DNA of 64,000 nt from Octopus sinensis (taxonomy: Eukaryota): contig NC_043002.1 of assembly GCF_006345805.1 (NCBI RefSeq), forward strand, positions 67,394,001 through 67,458,000, in the 5' to 3' direction. The position numbers were made by a program, and so were the translations under genes. This document shows, piece after piece, positions 50,718 to 64,000 of the stretch (positions within the stretch are counted from its first letter, which is position 1; each line of letters begins with the position of its first letter). The notes under the pieces are model-generated. The model was not told the DNA's origin, did no database searches, and was given only the letters and a program-made list of their open reading frames with translations.

Positions 50718-52541
50718 CTATTGAATTTAAGAAAAACAAAAATTTAATTTGATATTCCATAACAAACATATTTAAGAATTTAATATAACAAGCCTGATTT
50801 ACATATAGCCTTTGTACTAGGAATTCAAAATAAGTCTGTTTCATAGCCAATTCTTGTAAAAGTCAATGGACTCAAGTTTTATATACTATACTACTTTACA
50901 CTGTATTTGATGGCATGCAAACATTAGATGCACACCAATTTCAGCAGCATATTTTCAGGAAAAATAGTTTTTAGTGCATTAAAGCTCATGGGAGGTCCAA
51001 CTTCATTTATAGGATCTGGAGTGATTTTTTGCCCCCATCCCCTTTGGGATGGAGGTGGGGGTCTTGTCTGCTATGGTGTATATTTCAAACAGGAAGCTAA
51101 ACAAAATTTTCAGATACTAGACCACTTAACTGAATAATAATAAATGTAGAAAATACTGTATACTGTTAAAATTTATTGCCTCAAGAAGATCTGAATTCTC
51201 TGAACATAGCTGCATCCATACAAAGACAAAATATCAGAATGTACTGCAGCATTTGCATAAATATATAGCAAAACGCTTAATAAAGTAACATCAGATTAGC
51301 TACCTTAATATGTTGAGGTTAGCAGTAAATATTGATTCATTGCAGGTTCCATCAGCTAATTCACAACAACATAAAGAAAACATTATTATTTTAGATTATT
51401 GCCTCATTAAGGCGGCAAGCTGGCAGAATCGTTAGCACACCGGGTAAAACGTTTAGCGGTAGTATTTCGTCTGTCTTTATGTTCTGAGTTCAAATTCCGC
51501 CAAGGTCAACTTTACCTTTCATCCTTTTGGGGTCAATTAAATAAGTACCAGTTGCGTACTGGGAGTTAATCTAATTGACTAGTTCCCTCCCACCAAATTT
51601 CAGGCCTTGTGCCTATAGTAGAAAAGATTATTGCCTCGTTGTTAAGTATTAGGTTTTCAATTAATTGTGAAATACACATGCAAGCATAAATATTCTGAAG
51701 CTAAAATAAGAGGGTTAAAATACTGAATGCAAAATTAATGAAATATACCTAAATAAATATACATAAACTTTATAAAGTTTATGGTATACAGTGCTCAAGT
51801 GCACTACATACAACTCATCAGAAAAGAGTTAAAGGTGAGAAGGAAAGTAGCAATAAGTCAAGTAGAGACAGAAAGGATAGCCTAAAGTACAAAGTATACA
51901 GGGTAAAGCAAGATATGACAGAAAAGCAAATAGGAAAAGAGAAATAAAGAGGAAAAGCTCCATGTACACATCAAGAGTAGTGTTAATAATAAGTTTCAAG
52001 AAGCATGGAATCTTTGAAGGATGCATTACTCCATGCATCGACAATGCTGAACTTGGAAAAACGTGTCCAGAAGTTGTGGATGCTGTGCTGTTTTGATTTT
52101 ATAAGTGTGTCCACGGGTTGCAGAAACATTAAATAATCAAATAGGGTAAAGTACCCCTTCGTTTACAAATGATCATGGGGTTGCATCTAGAAAATTCCCT
52201 TCTGAAGCACAAGTCCAGGCAAGGTTGTTTGTGGAAGACCAGCAGCCACCTATGTATATTGGGTCTCCCCTCTCCATGACACTAATGCAGTCCAATTGGA
52301 AGGCAAAGGCTGATAAAACTTGGCATCAGTGACATTGTAACTCATTTCTACAACTAAGTGAACTGGAGCAATGTAAAATAAAGTGTCTTACTCAAGAGCA
52401 CAACACACAGCTTGGTCAGGGAATCGAACTCACAACCGCACAATTGTAAACCCAATGTTCTAACCACTGAGCTTTGTGCCTTCAAACAGATAAATATAGA
52501 CTAACTACTGAGAGACTCTATTGAAAAACAAAAATATTTAC

Positions 52542-52745
52542 CATAAGCTCTTCATTAAGGATCATCTTGCTGATGATAGAGTGGACAACAGGGGGAGTCA
52601 GTTGAAACATTTCACTGAGAGCATGCATACTGAGGGTGTCATAAACACTGCTGTAGGTGAACAAATAGGTGCGAAGACTCTCTTCTTGAATCTTTTGAGT
52701 AATAAGCTGGCGGACTTTATCAGCTTGTAAAAACAAATCCCAAAC
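52542..52745 (-). CDS. EIF3C: eIF3c coding exon (PCI / winged-helix domain)
   Basis: Acceptor ttttttaag, donor gtaaat. 204 nt, [68 protein letters not shown]. Confidence 0.97.
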
Positions 52746-54441
52746 CTTAAAAAAATACAAAAAAATTCAATTTTAAAATAATGAAAAATGTTTTAAAAAA
52801 TGCATAATTTAGTTCCACAAATGCTATAAACAGTGGCAAAAACAAAAAAAAACTCAATAAAAACTACAGGACAACATTATCCAATGTATCTTTTTTTTTC
52901 TGAAGACTTTAATGTGTAATTTGAGGTAACAGTTATTTCAAGCTCGTTATATGTACAGTTTTAGTGTTGGGGTGCAGTGTGGTGGTAAAAAAAAACAAAA
53001 AAAGTGAATATAATAATTGCCTTTAGTTTTAAACTATTGAAGCTGACCATCTGGAATGTTAGATTTTTCTTTTCTTCACAATAATGGAAATGGCATGTAA
53101 AAAGTACCATTCGAGTATGGTCAATGCCAATGCCCTTGACTGGTCCCATGCCAGTGGCACATAAAAAGAACCATTCGAGTATGGTAGTTGCCAGTGCTGC
53201 CTGACTGGTCCCGTGCCGGGGGGGGGGGGAATGTAAAAAGAACCATTCGAGCATGACCATTCCCAGTACTACTGCCTGACTGGACCTGTGCCAGTGGCAC
53301 ATAAAAAGCACCACTAAAGTGTGGTTGATGCCAGTACTGCCTGACTAGCCCTCGTGTTGGTGGTACATAAAAAGCACCCACTACACTCTTGGAGTGGTTG
53401 GCATTAAGAAGGGCATCAAGCTGTAAAAACCTTGCCAGATCAGATTGGAGCCTGGTACAGCCTTCTTGCTTGCCAGTCCTAAGTCAAACTGTCCAACCCA
53501 TGCCAGGCTGGAAAGCAGACGTTAAACGACAACGATGATAATGATGAAAGATAGTTATACAAATAGCTGATGCAATATAATAAATATGACAAAACATTCC
53601 AAATTATTGAAATTAATAATACAATACAAATAATCAATTGTAATAAAACATCTGAATGATGATAGAGTAATCAATATCCAGGTTACTTTCGTCCTTTAGT
53701 GTTTAGACTGACCATATCCAGTCCAAATATTCTACCTGTTTTGGGTTTAAACTGGCCAGATCCAGCCTCTCAGACCTATTTACAATGCCATTCTAAATAT
53801 GAGCAATCACATCATTGAAATCTCCAAAGCTTCATGATTAATTCAAAACAATGTGAATAAAGAAGTATTACATCTGATTGAGTAATCTGAAGGTTAAAGG
53901 GTTAATTCAAATCTATATCCTGTAACTTCCAAAAGCAAATATATGATTTCTAACAGCCCTTTGAGTTATTGTGAAAAGGGTGATCACAAGATGTATGTTA
54001 AAAAATATGATTACAATATATGATGAAATTACATTTTGGTCTACACAATACTTTGAAATAGCCAAGCCAGGAAACTAAAACTAGTATAGCTGTACATAAA
54101 ATGAAGTCTCAGCTCGAACTTTTAAATTAATAGTTAAAATAAATTTCCTTCTCTATAGAGTCCCAACTAACTTGTAAGAGTATCACTGAATTATCCCCCT
54201 TGATATTGCTTCTCCATTATGCTTGCAAAAAAAATGATTAACAAGTTTTTTTCTCCTATAGCAAATGAAATAAAATATAATGCACTTGGAGACATTTGTA
54301 AGGAAAGCTTGGTAGGTGAAAACAGTGCAAAGGCACGTTGTGAGCGTATGTGTTAATATGGCTGTGTATGTAATTATGAATACCTGTGGATGTATGTGTG
54401 CATACGTGTAAACACACATTCATAAATAAGTAGAAACTTAC

Positions 54442-54635
54442 CTTTCCATTCATTTTCTCATTAATAACAAAATTCTTGCAGGCCTCCCAATCTCCAACTT
54501 TCATTGCCTTTGAAGCAGCCACAATGTGCTCCCTCATGCTCTCTGGAGGGCCAGTCAAGGTCTGCCTCTCACTGTTCCGCAGCAGATTGTGATAATTACG
54601 ACTGATCATGCGTCTCCTCGCATCAAACTCATGCG
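54442..54635 (-). CDS. EIF3C: eIF3c coding exon
   Basis: Acceptor gtattccag, donor gtaagt. 194 nt, (A)[64 protein letters not shown]. Confidence 0.97.
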
Positions 54636-55639
54636 CTGGAATACAAGATTGTAAATCGTAAATAATCAAAAATAAAATTATTTAAAAACTGAAAAAAATG
54701 AATTTTTTAGAAAAACCTTATTTTCTCTAATGGATAACTAAATATACACATCACAGTTGATGGATTTAACTCCAAAGGACATCATAAACACAATTTCATG
54801 AAGTACCGTAGTTGTGAGATAACGATTTTGTTGGAATACACTGCCTTTGTTGCAATAATTAAGAATTCACTAACATAAATTAGTCATTATAAAGTGGGTG
54901 TAAGGCAGCAAGCTGGCAGAAATGTTAGCACGCCAGGCAAAATGCTTAACGATATTTCATGTCTTTATGTTCTGAGATCAAATTCCGCAGAGATCAACTT
55001 GCCTTTAATCCTTTCAGGGTCAATAAATTAAGTACCAGTTGGACTAAAGTAAAGTTGGACTAAACCATGCATAAAATTGTATAGTATACATTACTTTTGC
55101 TTGGCTACACTAAAAACATTACCCTACCCAGTTCAGTCTGACTGGGAACTGGTTCTACTTCGTTATAGTTGAACTGTTAATAAAGTAATTTAATTTACAG
55201 AAAATATAAAAACTAAACTAGGTGCAGCAATGCCTGCGCCATAGTTATCAGGCATGACATAGATGAAAAAGTCTAAGTGTACAGCATGATACACAGGGAA
55301 ATTAAAAGCTCATGAACTCTCAAGCTTCCCTGTAGGCATTAACTAAAGATATTCAGGGTAGGCTTTAACTAAAGATATTCAGGGTAGGCATCAGCTACAT
55401 TGATCTCTACAGTCTTGGAAAAAACCTGCAAACATCTTGGATACTGCAGCTTCTTTCCTATCTTATTTAAAACAAAAAAAAAAGAAAACCGATAGCTAAG
55501 AATATAGAGAATTGCTAAAGTGACCATAAGAACAGTTGCATATTCCACTCCCCCATAGCAATTTCACTATACTCGTTCTGTTACTTTCTTCAATGTTTTA
55601 GGTGCAAACAATAAAATTGATTTGAAACGATTACTATAC

Positions 55640-55793
55640 CTGCCATGTATGGTATTTCAATAAGCATAGCTGAAACCAAATATACACATTCCAAGAGTTC
55701 TAAATTAATATGCATATGGTAAGGCATCTGTCTACGCTTCTCTATCAATTCTTGCTCTGGAGTCCGTTCATGTTGTCTTTGTAAAAGTAAACC
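55640..55793 (-). CDS. EIF3C: eIF3c coding exon
   Basis: Acceptor cgtttgcag, donor gtatag. 154 nt, [51 protein letters not shown], containing the [15 protein letters not shown] hallmark. Confidence 0.97.
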
Positions 55794-57253
55794 CTGCAAA
55801 CGAGACAAAATTCAAGTCAAAATTGTTTAAATATTTCATACAAAAAGAACACATTTGAATAAATATTTGAACAAGAGCATTAAAAAAAAACTTATTAAAG
55901 ATTAACTTCTTGAAGATAACAAAAACTATTTTGACGGTCTCATACAAATATTCACACACACATACATACGACAAGCTTCTTTCTGTTTCCATCTACCAAA
56001 TCCACTCACAAGGCTCTGGTCAGCCCAAGGCTATAAAGGTGCTCAAGGTGCTGCACAATGGGATTGAATCTGAGATCACATGGTTGGGAAGCAAGCTTCT
56101 TAAACATACACATGTATATATTATACACACACACGCGCACACACATAAAAAGAGAGAGAGAGAGAGAGGGGGAGGTCTAAGCACGTTCCAGATTTCATTA
56201 CCTTATTTGCCAATTTAGATTAATGGTTATAATAATGGAGATACATCCAAATATTTCAAATGAATGAGGAAACTCAAGTAATTCAATACAACTTTATTAT
56301 TTCATTTGATAATGGTAGGCAGCAGAATTTTCTTGAGAGGGTACAGTAAAAGAATCATCTCAGGTGTAACATTACTGGTTATCACTTTGTGCTACAGCCA
56401 GAATGATTTAAAATTAAAACAGGATAAAATTTTTGAAATGCTACAAAGCATTTAATCCAGTATTCCAGGACTCCAAATAAATGATTTATTACATGGGGCA
56501 AAAAAGCCATAGACTTATAAGGAAGGGGAGCAATTGATGAAAGTTTGTTACGTGATGGCTAACTTATTTTTGGCATTCCTGGATTAATGTGAACTCAAAA
56601 ATCAAAGAGAGAAAAAAATTTTAATACTGTAAAGTATTTAATCCAGCACTCAACTGCTTCTTCATTCTACCATGTTTAAAAATGTGAAAATGAAGATCAT
56701 CATCAATATCGTCGTCGTCGTCGTTTAACGTCTGCTTTCCATGCTAGCATGGGTTAGACGATTTGACTGGGGGCTGGCAAGCCAGAAGGTTATACCAAGC
56801 TCCAATCTGATTTGGCAATGTTTCTACAGCTAGATGCCCTTCTTAACACCAACCAATCCTAGAGTGTAGAGGGTGCTTTTTACATGCCACCAACACGGGA
56901 CCAGTCAGGCTGTACTGGCATCAACCACGCTTGAACGGTGCTTTTTACATGCCACTGGTATGGGAGCCAGTTAGGTGGCACTGGCATAACTTTAAAATTA
57001 ATTAAGTCTACGAAGTTACTGGGTTGAAATATCAATCAAATAAACAACTGGTAATTATTTTATCTGCCTCCAGCCAAACCCGATTTAGACTTAGAACATA
57101 TAGGGGAAAAAACTAAATGCAAAAATAATATTTCAGTTTAAGCACTAAAAGAGTGAGCAAAATGAAAAATTCCCATCCAAGTTGTGGACGTTAGATGGAA
57201 AAATTGCAATAACTATCAGGAAAGGTGAGTGAAAATCTAACAACACTACTAAC

Positions 57254-57379
57254 CTGAGCCAACAATTCTTTCGCACGTCCAATGGAAAGGATATCAACAA
57301 GTGCATTATGAGCATCCTTTATCAAACCTTGCCGGAAAGCACACAATCCTAATTGCACCATTGTACGATTGTACTGAAT
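57254..57379 (-). CDS. EIF3C: eIF3c coding exon
   Basis: Acceptor cattttcag, donor gttagt. 126 nt, [42 protein letters not shown]. Confidence 0.96.
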
Positions 57380-57788
57380 CTGAAAATGAAATGATTCAAT
57401 TAATACAACAATATAAAATACATTAAAAGAAATCATCTACAAATTTTGTCTTAAACAACATTCCTACCTTTTATTCAAACATACAAACAACTACTAACAC
57501 AGATCTATTTAGTAATTTCAAGAGAAAACTTATTTAAAATTTTGGGTCATTGTTTTGTATTCAACACTTTAGCATTTAAAGGGTCCAAATCCAGACAAAA
57601 TGTTCTGTTTTATGTTAGAACTAGCCAGATGCAGCTTCTTACACCTAGCCTACAATGTTATTAAAATAATAAACAATCAAATCTTCAAAACCCCAATGCT
57701 ACAAGATAATGCATGATTAATTCAAAACAATTTGAATAAATAAGCATTCTGAATGCTAAAGGGTTATACTGATATATATGTGTGTATA

Positions 57789-57841
<53 letters not shown>

Positions 57842-57847
57842 ATATTA

Positions 57848-57886
<39 letters not shown>

Positions 57887-58146
57887 TTTTATAATTATAA
57901 ACATAATTATAATTAGGGTTCAGCTAATTGCTTAACCACATACCGAATTTTAACTCCTATTTCTAAATTCGGCATGTGATGAAGCAATTAGCTGAACCCT
58001 AATTATAATTATAACTATAAAATATTTGTACAACTTTACCTATAAAGGTTATTTTAAAGTACCGATCTACTTGGTGAAATTGTTAATTAATTGATTGATT
58101 AAGTAATTAATTTAATTAATAAATTTTACCCTTTTATTATTAATTT

Positions 58147-58179
<33 letters not shown>

Positions 58180-59580
58180 GATATTTTGGCAAATAATTTA
58201 TAGCTAACAAGACATTTACCCCTTATTCTCCATTTGATAAAGACTTGTTATATATTTCATACTTCACTGATACTTCAGTCTGCACATGCAATTCATTCAT
58301 TTATTTATTTGGAAAAATTTTAAGTAAAAAGTTTTATATAGTTCTCAATATTATTATAATACCGTCATTAATATAACATTATTGTATTTGAAAGGATATC
58401 ATTGTTAGATGCCCTTCCAAATGCAACTGTGAAGTAAAACGCTCAAATCTAATAACAATGTTTTCAGATTGATACTCTACATAGCATGTGGCCAATTATC
58501 ACATACAAACTATGACTGATAAATAGTTCTAGTTTAGTGGCTACAATTACACATATACTGAAGAGTTTTCTCCCTTAGATCAGAAAAACTTGTGGCAGTG
58601 TCCACGGGTTTTTCTTTTATTTACGTTTTTGCTTTTTTGCTATAGTGCACACAGCGTTTGCTGTTGAAAAATTGATCAAAATTGTGATTATGGGAAAGTC
58701 TTTTATCACACCCTAATAAAGCTTCATCATGTGACCGTTTAAGAAACTTAGATTATTTATCATTCAGTTGCTAAAACACCAATTTATAATAATCAAAATA
58801 AAGAGTTATACCAGTCTATTGATTATTTTTCAAACTTGCTTTCAGAAAACTGAATATCTACAACTAAACAAACCCACCACCACCAATAAATAACCATGAA
58901 ATTTTACTATATCTCAGCTAGTAGACGAAATTTTTTTTTTAATGATTTCAAAAACAATATGACCGATCATTTTTATTTTCCTGCTTAAATAAAACAACAA
59001 TTAAAATTATGCTTATATTCATTGATAGAATTGATTAGCTTTTTTTTTCTATCTTTTGGCAATTTCATACAGATCTAGAATATAGATTCCAAAAGTTATG
59101 AACAAAGAGTTTTAATGAGTAAAATAATTATTTCTACTTTAGGCATAAGTCTAATAGCTTTGAGGGAAGGGGCAAATCAATTAGATCAACCCCAGGACTT
59201 GATTGGTACTTATTTTATCAACCCCAGAAGAATGGAAGGCAAAGTCAACTTTGGTGGCATTTGAACTCAGAAGAAATGCTACAAGGCATTTTGTCCAACA
59301 TGCTAACAGTTCGGCCAGCCAACCATCTTCTGGGTAAAATAATAATATTAATCCTTTCTTCTCTAGGTACAAGACCTGAAATTTGAGGACAAGCCAAATG
59401 CATTGACCCCCTGGGCTTAACTGGTACTTATTTCATCAGCCCCCAAAAGGATGAAAGGTAAAGTTACTTCAGTGGAATTTGAACACAGAAAGTAAAGACA
59501 TAAAATACTACTGAGCATTTTGCCCAGCTTGCCACCTTTGGAGTAAAATACCTGAGTAAAAAAAAAATAACAACACTTAC

Positions 59581-59787
59581 CTGAGTCGGAATATCTGAAT
59601 GTTGAATAGTGTCTTGCAAATGAGACATCATCATCAGATCACGGGCCTCATACCATCTATCATGGATAGCATGGAAATATATATGGTACAAAATAGCTCT
59701 GGTTCGCAGACGGTCGGTGGAATCTTTCACATAGATGTACTTACATAATCTATCCATTGCTTGACCGCTGCTTTTGTAAGTATCAGT
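59581..59787 (-). CDS. EIF3C: eIF3c coding exon
   Basis: Acceptor tttttctaacag, donor gtaagt. 207 nt, [69 protein letters not shown]. Confidence 0.96.
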
Positions 59788-60448
59788 CTGTTAGAAAAAC
59801 AATAACAATACATGACAATTCACTTCATTCTGCTGTCAAATGATATTTTAATAGATTATCTACAAGATGGTGGATCAGTTACTTATACCATTAACAGGAT
59901 ATTGTTTATAGCAGTTCCCATGTATGAAAGTTAAACAAATCACATTCCAGTAATATTACCACGATTTACTGCAGAGGTTCTCAATGTGGGGGACACTGCT
60001 CCCAAGGAGGCACTGGGTGTGTCAGAGGGAGTGCTAGGTAACATAATTAACATACTAAATTCTACCTATAGTAGTAATTATATTATAAATGATAAAACCA
60101 GTGATGGCTATAAAAATAAAATGAGATCTCATCAGGCACAGGGAAGTCATTAAATTACAATGTATAAAGCAAATTTACAACTTTTATCTTTATTCATTTT
60201 ATCATGTCACTGTTAAAAGCTTATACAATCCATTTTTAGAGTAAAATTTATAAATTATCATCCATGTTAAGTTAGTTTAGTCATGATATCTCACTTGCCA
60301 CTACTTAAAAAGTAGAGCACTACAGAAAAAAAAATAGTTAAGAACCACTGAATTACTGTTTAAACAAATAATAGTACAATTCAACACTTCTTATCCCAAA
60401 CTGCTTCACATTAAAAAGTAATAAAAAGGAAAAGAAAAAAAACCTTAC

Positions 60449-60575
60449 CTTGTAGTACATGTGCTCAATTCTACGAAGGTAACACCGGCAAAGTTCTTTG
60501 GTAGGAACTTCATTTTTCTCCAAATAAGATTGAAGTTTTTCAATAATATCACACACTGTGCGTTCATCCTTCAAC
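60449..60575 (-). CDS. EIF3C: eIF3c coding exon
   Basis: Acceptor aaattttag, donor gtaagg. 127 nt, [42 protein letters not shown]. Phase matches both neighbours. Confidence 0.95.
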
Positions 60576-61660
60576 CTAAAATTTCAATGAAAAATTGCCT
60601 TAAAAATCCACTCTTATATAATACAAGAGTAAATGTATTAAGATTAAAGTTCAACCTTTCATTACCACATTTCTGTTGAAATACATTGCCTTTGTTCATT
60701 CAAATTTTGAAAATAATTAAGAACATCCCTTTCTACTCTAGGTACAAGGCCCGAAATTTTTGGAATGGGGGCCAGTCGATTAGTCGACCCCCAGTACACA
60801 ACTGATACTTAATTTATCAATCCCAGTACACAACTGGTACTTAATTTATCAACCCCAGTACACAACTGGTACTTAATTTATCGACCCTGAAAGGATGAAA
60901 GGCAAAATCAACCTTGGTGGAATTTGAACACAGAATGTAAAGACAAGCGAAATACTGCTAAGTATTTCACCCGGCATGCTAATGTTTCTGCAAGCTCGCC
61001 ACCTATTAAGACATCATGAAATAACACTCATGACTTAGCTGGTATATGGAACATATCCCCTTAGCATACCCAGCTCAAATATTTTACCTGTTTTATGTTA
61101 AAACTGGCCAGATCTAGCCTCTCACACCTACCCTTCATGGTTTTTCATGTAAAGGATTCCTTCTTCCACATGGCTTTGAAGGAACAAAGTGAGCAGACAA
61201 GTCATTCACAAAAGTACCAACAATATTGAATAGTCTCACGCACACACAAATACTATATCATTGTTTTAATGTACACTTTTTCATGCTTGCATGGGTCAGA
61301 TAGAATTTTTTCAAAGCAGATTTCCTATGACCGGTTGTCCTGCCTAAATCCAAAGAAGGCTAGACATGTTTTTCACAGACATGTTTGTTGGAAACAAACA
61401 TCACTTGAATGTTGATACAAGGTGTACACACACATACACACGACAGGTTTCTTTTCAGTTTGTCTACCAAATCCACTCAAGCATGGAGCTGTAGCAGAAA
61501 ACACTTGCCCGAAGTGCCATGCAGTGGGACTGAACCCATGAAATACATTACTTAAGCATTCACTTAATCCTGTGATTTTATATGATTTTTCAACTGCTGC
61601 AAGTTTTCTGCAATACAGTTAACATAAATAAAACATGTTCTACATGTCTATAGAGCTCAC

Positions 61661-61773
61661 CTTTCAATGTAATCTGTACTATGAGGATCACAGCCTTGAA
61701 GCATCTTCCTAAATTCTTCATCCATCCTTTCTACAGTTGTCAAGATACAACCACGAACACGGTAGGGTGAAGT
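61661..61773 (-). CDS. EIF3C: eIF3c coding exon
   Basis: Acceptor ttttttcag, donor gtgagc. 113 nt, [37 protein letters not shown](R), containing the conserved eIF3c [17 protein letters not shown] motif. Confidence 0.95.
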
Positions 61774-63378
61774 CTGAAAAAAAGAAGAAAAAAAAGTATT
61801 GTTTCATCTTTTAACAATTCTATCTGCCAGAAAGTCTCAAAGAAAACTATTTTTTACAGTTCGTTATTCTTTCTTTTACTTTCTTTTTCATGTTTCAGTC
61901 ATTGGAGTGCAGCCATGCTGGGGCAACACTTTGGAGGGTTTTCAGTCAAACAAATCAACCCTAGTACTCAATATTTTAAATCAATCAGTTTCTTTTACCA
62001 AACTGCTAAATTACAGGGAGTAAACAAACCAGTACACACACACACACTTCTTTCAGTGTGTCTACCAAATCCACTAAGAAGACATTGGTCAACCTGAGGC
62101 CCAAGGTGCCATGCAAGGGTCAATTCAAAACCATATAATTGCAAAGCAAGCTTCTTAACCATACAGTTATACCTGAATAAAATAATTTATCCACACAAGC
62201 AAAGATTCCAAACTAACAACTTAAAAAGAACTCAAAAAATTTGTGAGCATTATTTTTGCAATAGATTTTCCATATTTATAATCCACAACTTCTTAAAATC
62301 TTTCTGATCAAGAATAAAACACCAATCCACTCTTTACAGTACCCCAATGAACAAGGAGTCTATGGTCTAGTAGTACCTTCTTTTGATCATAGGAAATCAT
62401 TAGATGATAGAAAAATCAATCAGTAAGGAAAAAAATAAAGAGTATTTCAACATCATCATTCACTATCCACTTTTCCATGCCTAGATGAGTCAGATTAAAT
62501 TTGCTGAAACAGTTTTTATTGTCACCCTCACTTGTTTCCATGTCAGGTAATATTTCCCCATGGCTAGACATGTTTTTCATGGAACACTGGAAATGAACAA
62601 CCTTGCTTGTATGACAACGGTGCTCGTTTACAACTATTATGCGATGTCAAGAGAAGGGTACACACAAATACAGGATGTTTCTTTCAGTTTCCATCTACCA
62701 CATTCACTCACAAGGCTATAATAGAAGGCACCTGCCCAAGGTGCCATGCAGTGGGACTTAAGCTGAGACCACACGGTTGGGAAGCAAGATACTCTACCAT
62801 ACAGTCGCACCTATATAAAACTACAACCATTACTTGCAAGTAAGTATTGCTTGGTAACATGTATCCTACTTTAGCCCATGTAACTACAAATGAAAACCCT
62901 TCCACTGGTAACCCAACCAAGCATTCCAGGATATGAGAGCTGAAGAGGGAGAGGCCTGCAGCAGTCTGAAGATGGCATTAACTGGAACAAAATGAAAGAC
63001 GTGCCTGGCTCAAGACACAGTGCATCACCTGGTCTAGTAATTGAATTGATGACCTTACAATTGTGAGCACATCTAAAATATGAGGTCATGCATTTTCATC
63101 AAGACCTATATATTGGTCTCAAATTTTGGCACAAGGCCAGCAAGTTTGGAGGAGGGGAGTAAGTAGATCACATCAACACCAGTGATCAAGAGGTACTTAT
63201 TTTATCAACCTCAAAAGGATGAAATGCAAAGTTGACCATGGTGGAATTTGAACTCAGAATGTAAAGATTAATGAAATTGCTAAGCATTTTGCCTGGTATG
63301 CTAGCAATTCCACCAGCTCACTGCCTTTACAAGACCTATACATTAAAATGGTGAACCAAGATTAACAATAATACTAAC

Positions 63379-63475
63379 CTCCACATTTTCACTGTCTTCT
63401 GGGATATTCTCGCTTACCAATATATCAGTATTTTCAATAAGATGATCTAATTGTTTAGTTACATATTCCAAACAG
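63379..63475 (-). CDS. EIF3C: eIF3 subunit C, internal coding exon (first one in window; upstream exons lie beyond 64000)
   Basis: Acceptor tttattttag, donor gttagt. 97 nt = 1 nt + 32 codons, CLEYVTKQLDHLIENTDILVSENIPEDSENVE, resembling the metazoan eIF3c 'CL..I..L...L.....I.V.ENI.E.SEN' region. Confidence 0.88.
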
Positions 63476-64000
63476 CTAAAATAAAAATAAAATTAGAAGA
63501 TATTAATCATCATTATTATTATTCATAAATGTATCAAACAACAATATAGAATTTTCTTTGCTTTTTTGAAGGTGTGTAAAAATTGCAAATTTTCATAACA
63601 CTATTGAAACTACAAAAAAATCATTTTTATTACAAAGTTTTACATGTTGTGGTATGTGATACCTAGCAAGTTCTTGATTTTAAAATATTAAAAAAATTTT
63701 TCAGTAAAACTTCTATTTTTATACTCAAAAACCTTTTACTAAAATTTTTATCAGTTTAGTCTTCTGGAAATGAAACTTCATACACTGGCAATAAAATATA
63801 GTCCAGGATGCATAGCCCAAGGTGCCACACATTGGGAATGAACCCAAGACCACATAGTTTGGAAGTAAGCTTCTTAACCACAATGCTATATCTGTATCTA
63901 AAAACATAAATGGTTACCATTTCATTTCTATTTTGAGTGCTGCTAAAAGTATAACTGGAAAACTAGAAAACATTATCATAAAGCTGAGATCTATATAAAA

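Noticed and set aside
53085-53400. CRISPR-like regular repeats (family G subunits; SINE-B arrays)
   Set aside because: The units repeat in their entirety with no unique spacers, the context is eukaryotic, and there are no cas genes.
60775-60890. Triple 31-bp tandem inside a SINE-B copy (also 26-bp duplication at ~55335-55390)
   Set aside because: Ordinary local slippage duplications with no further structure.

Overview
This is eukaryotic, AT-rich, microsatellite-dense animal DNA. The repeat families resemble those of octopus (my inference, not a database result). Nearly all ORFs in the supplied track are artefacts of (TA)n/(CA)n/(GATA)n repeats. One real gene is present: the 3' part of EIF3C (eukaryotic translation initiation factor 3 subunit C) on the minus strand. 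It has 11 phase-consistent GT-AG coding exons from 63475 to the stop at 47954 (about 529 codons), an AATAAA at 47825-47830, and 5' exons outside the window. The rest is transposon debris: several tRNA-derived SINE families, two internally deleted mariners, MITEs, Penelope, RTE-like and R4/Dong-like LINE remnants, and an LTR with a tRNA-Trp primer-binding site. The most interesting signal is a ~500-bp tandem repeat at 39146-40512, embedded in (TA)n. Each unit carries a complete minimal type-I hammerhead ribozyme on the minus strand, making it a candidate retrozyme or Penelope-LTR circular-RNA system. Also notable are several long fold-back palindromes in TA tracts, SINE multimers flanked by a single target-site duplication, and an orphan TATA/Inr promoter at ~28654 with putative non-coding exons.
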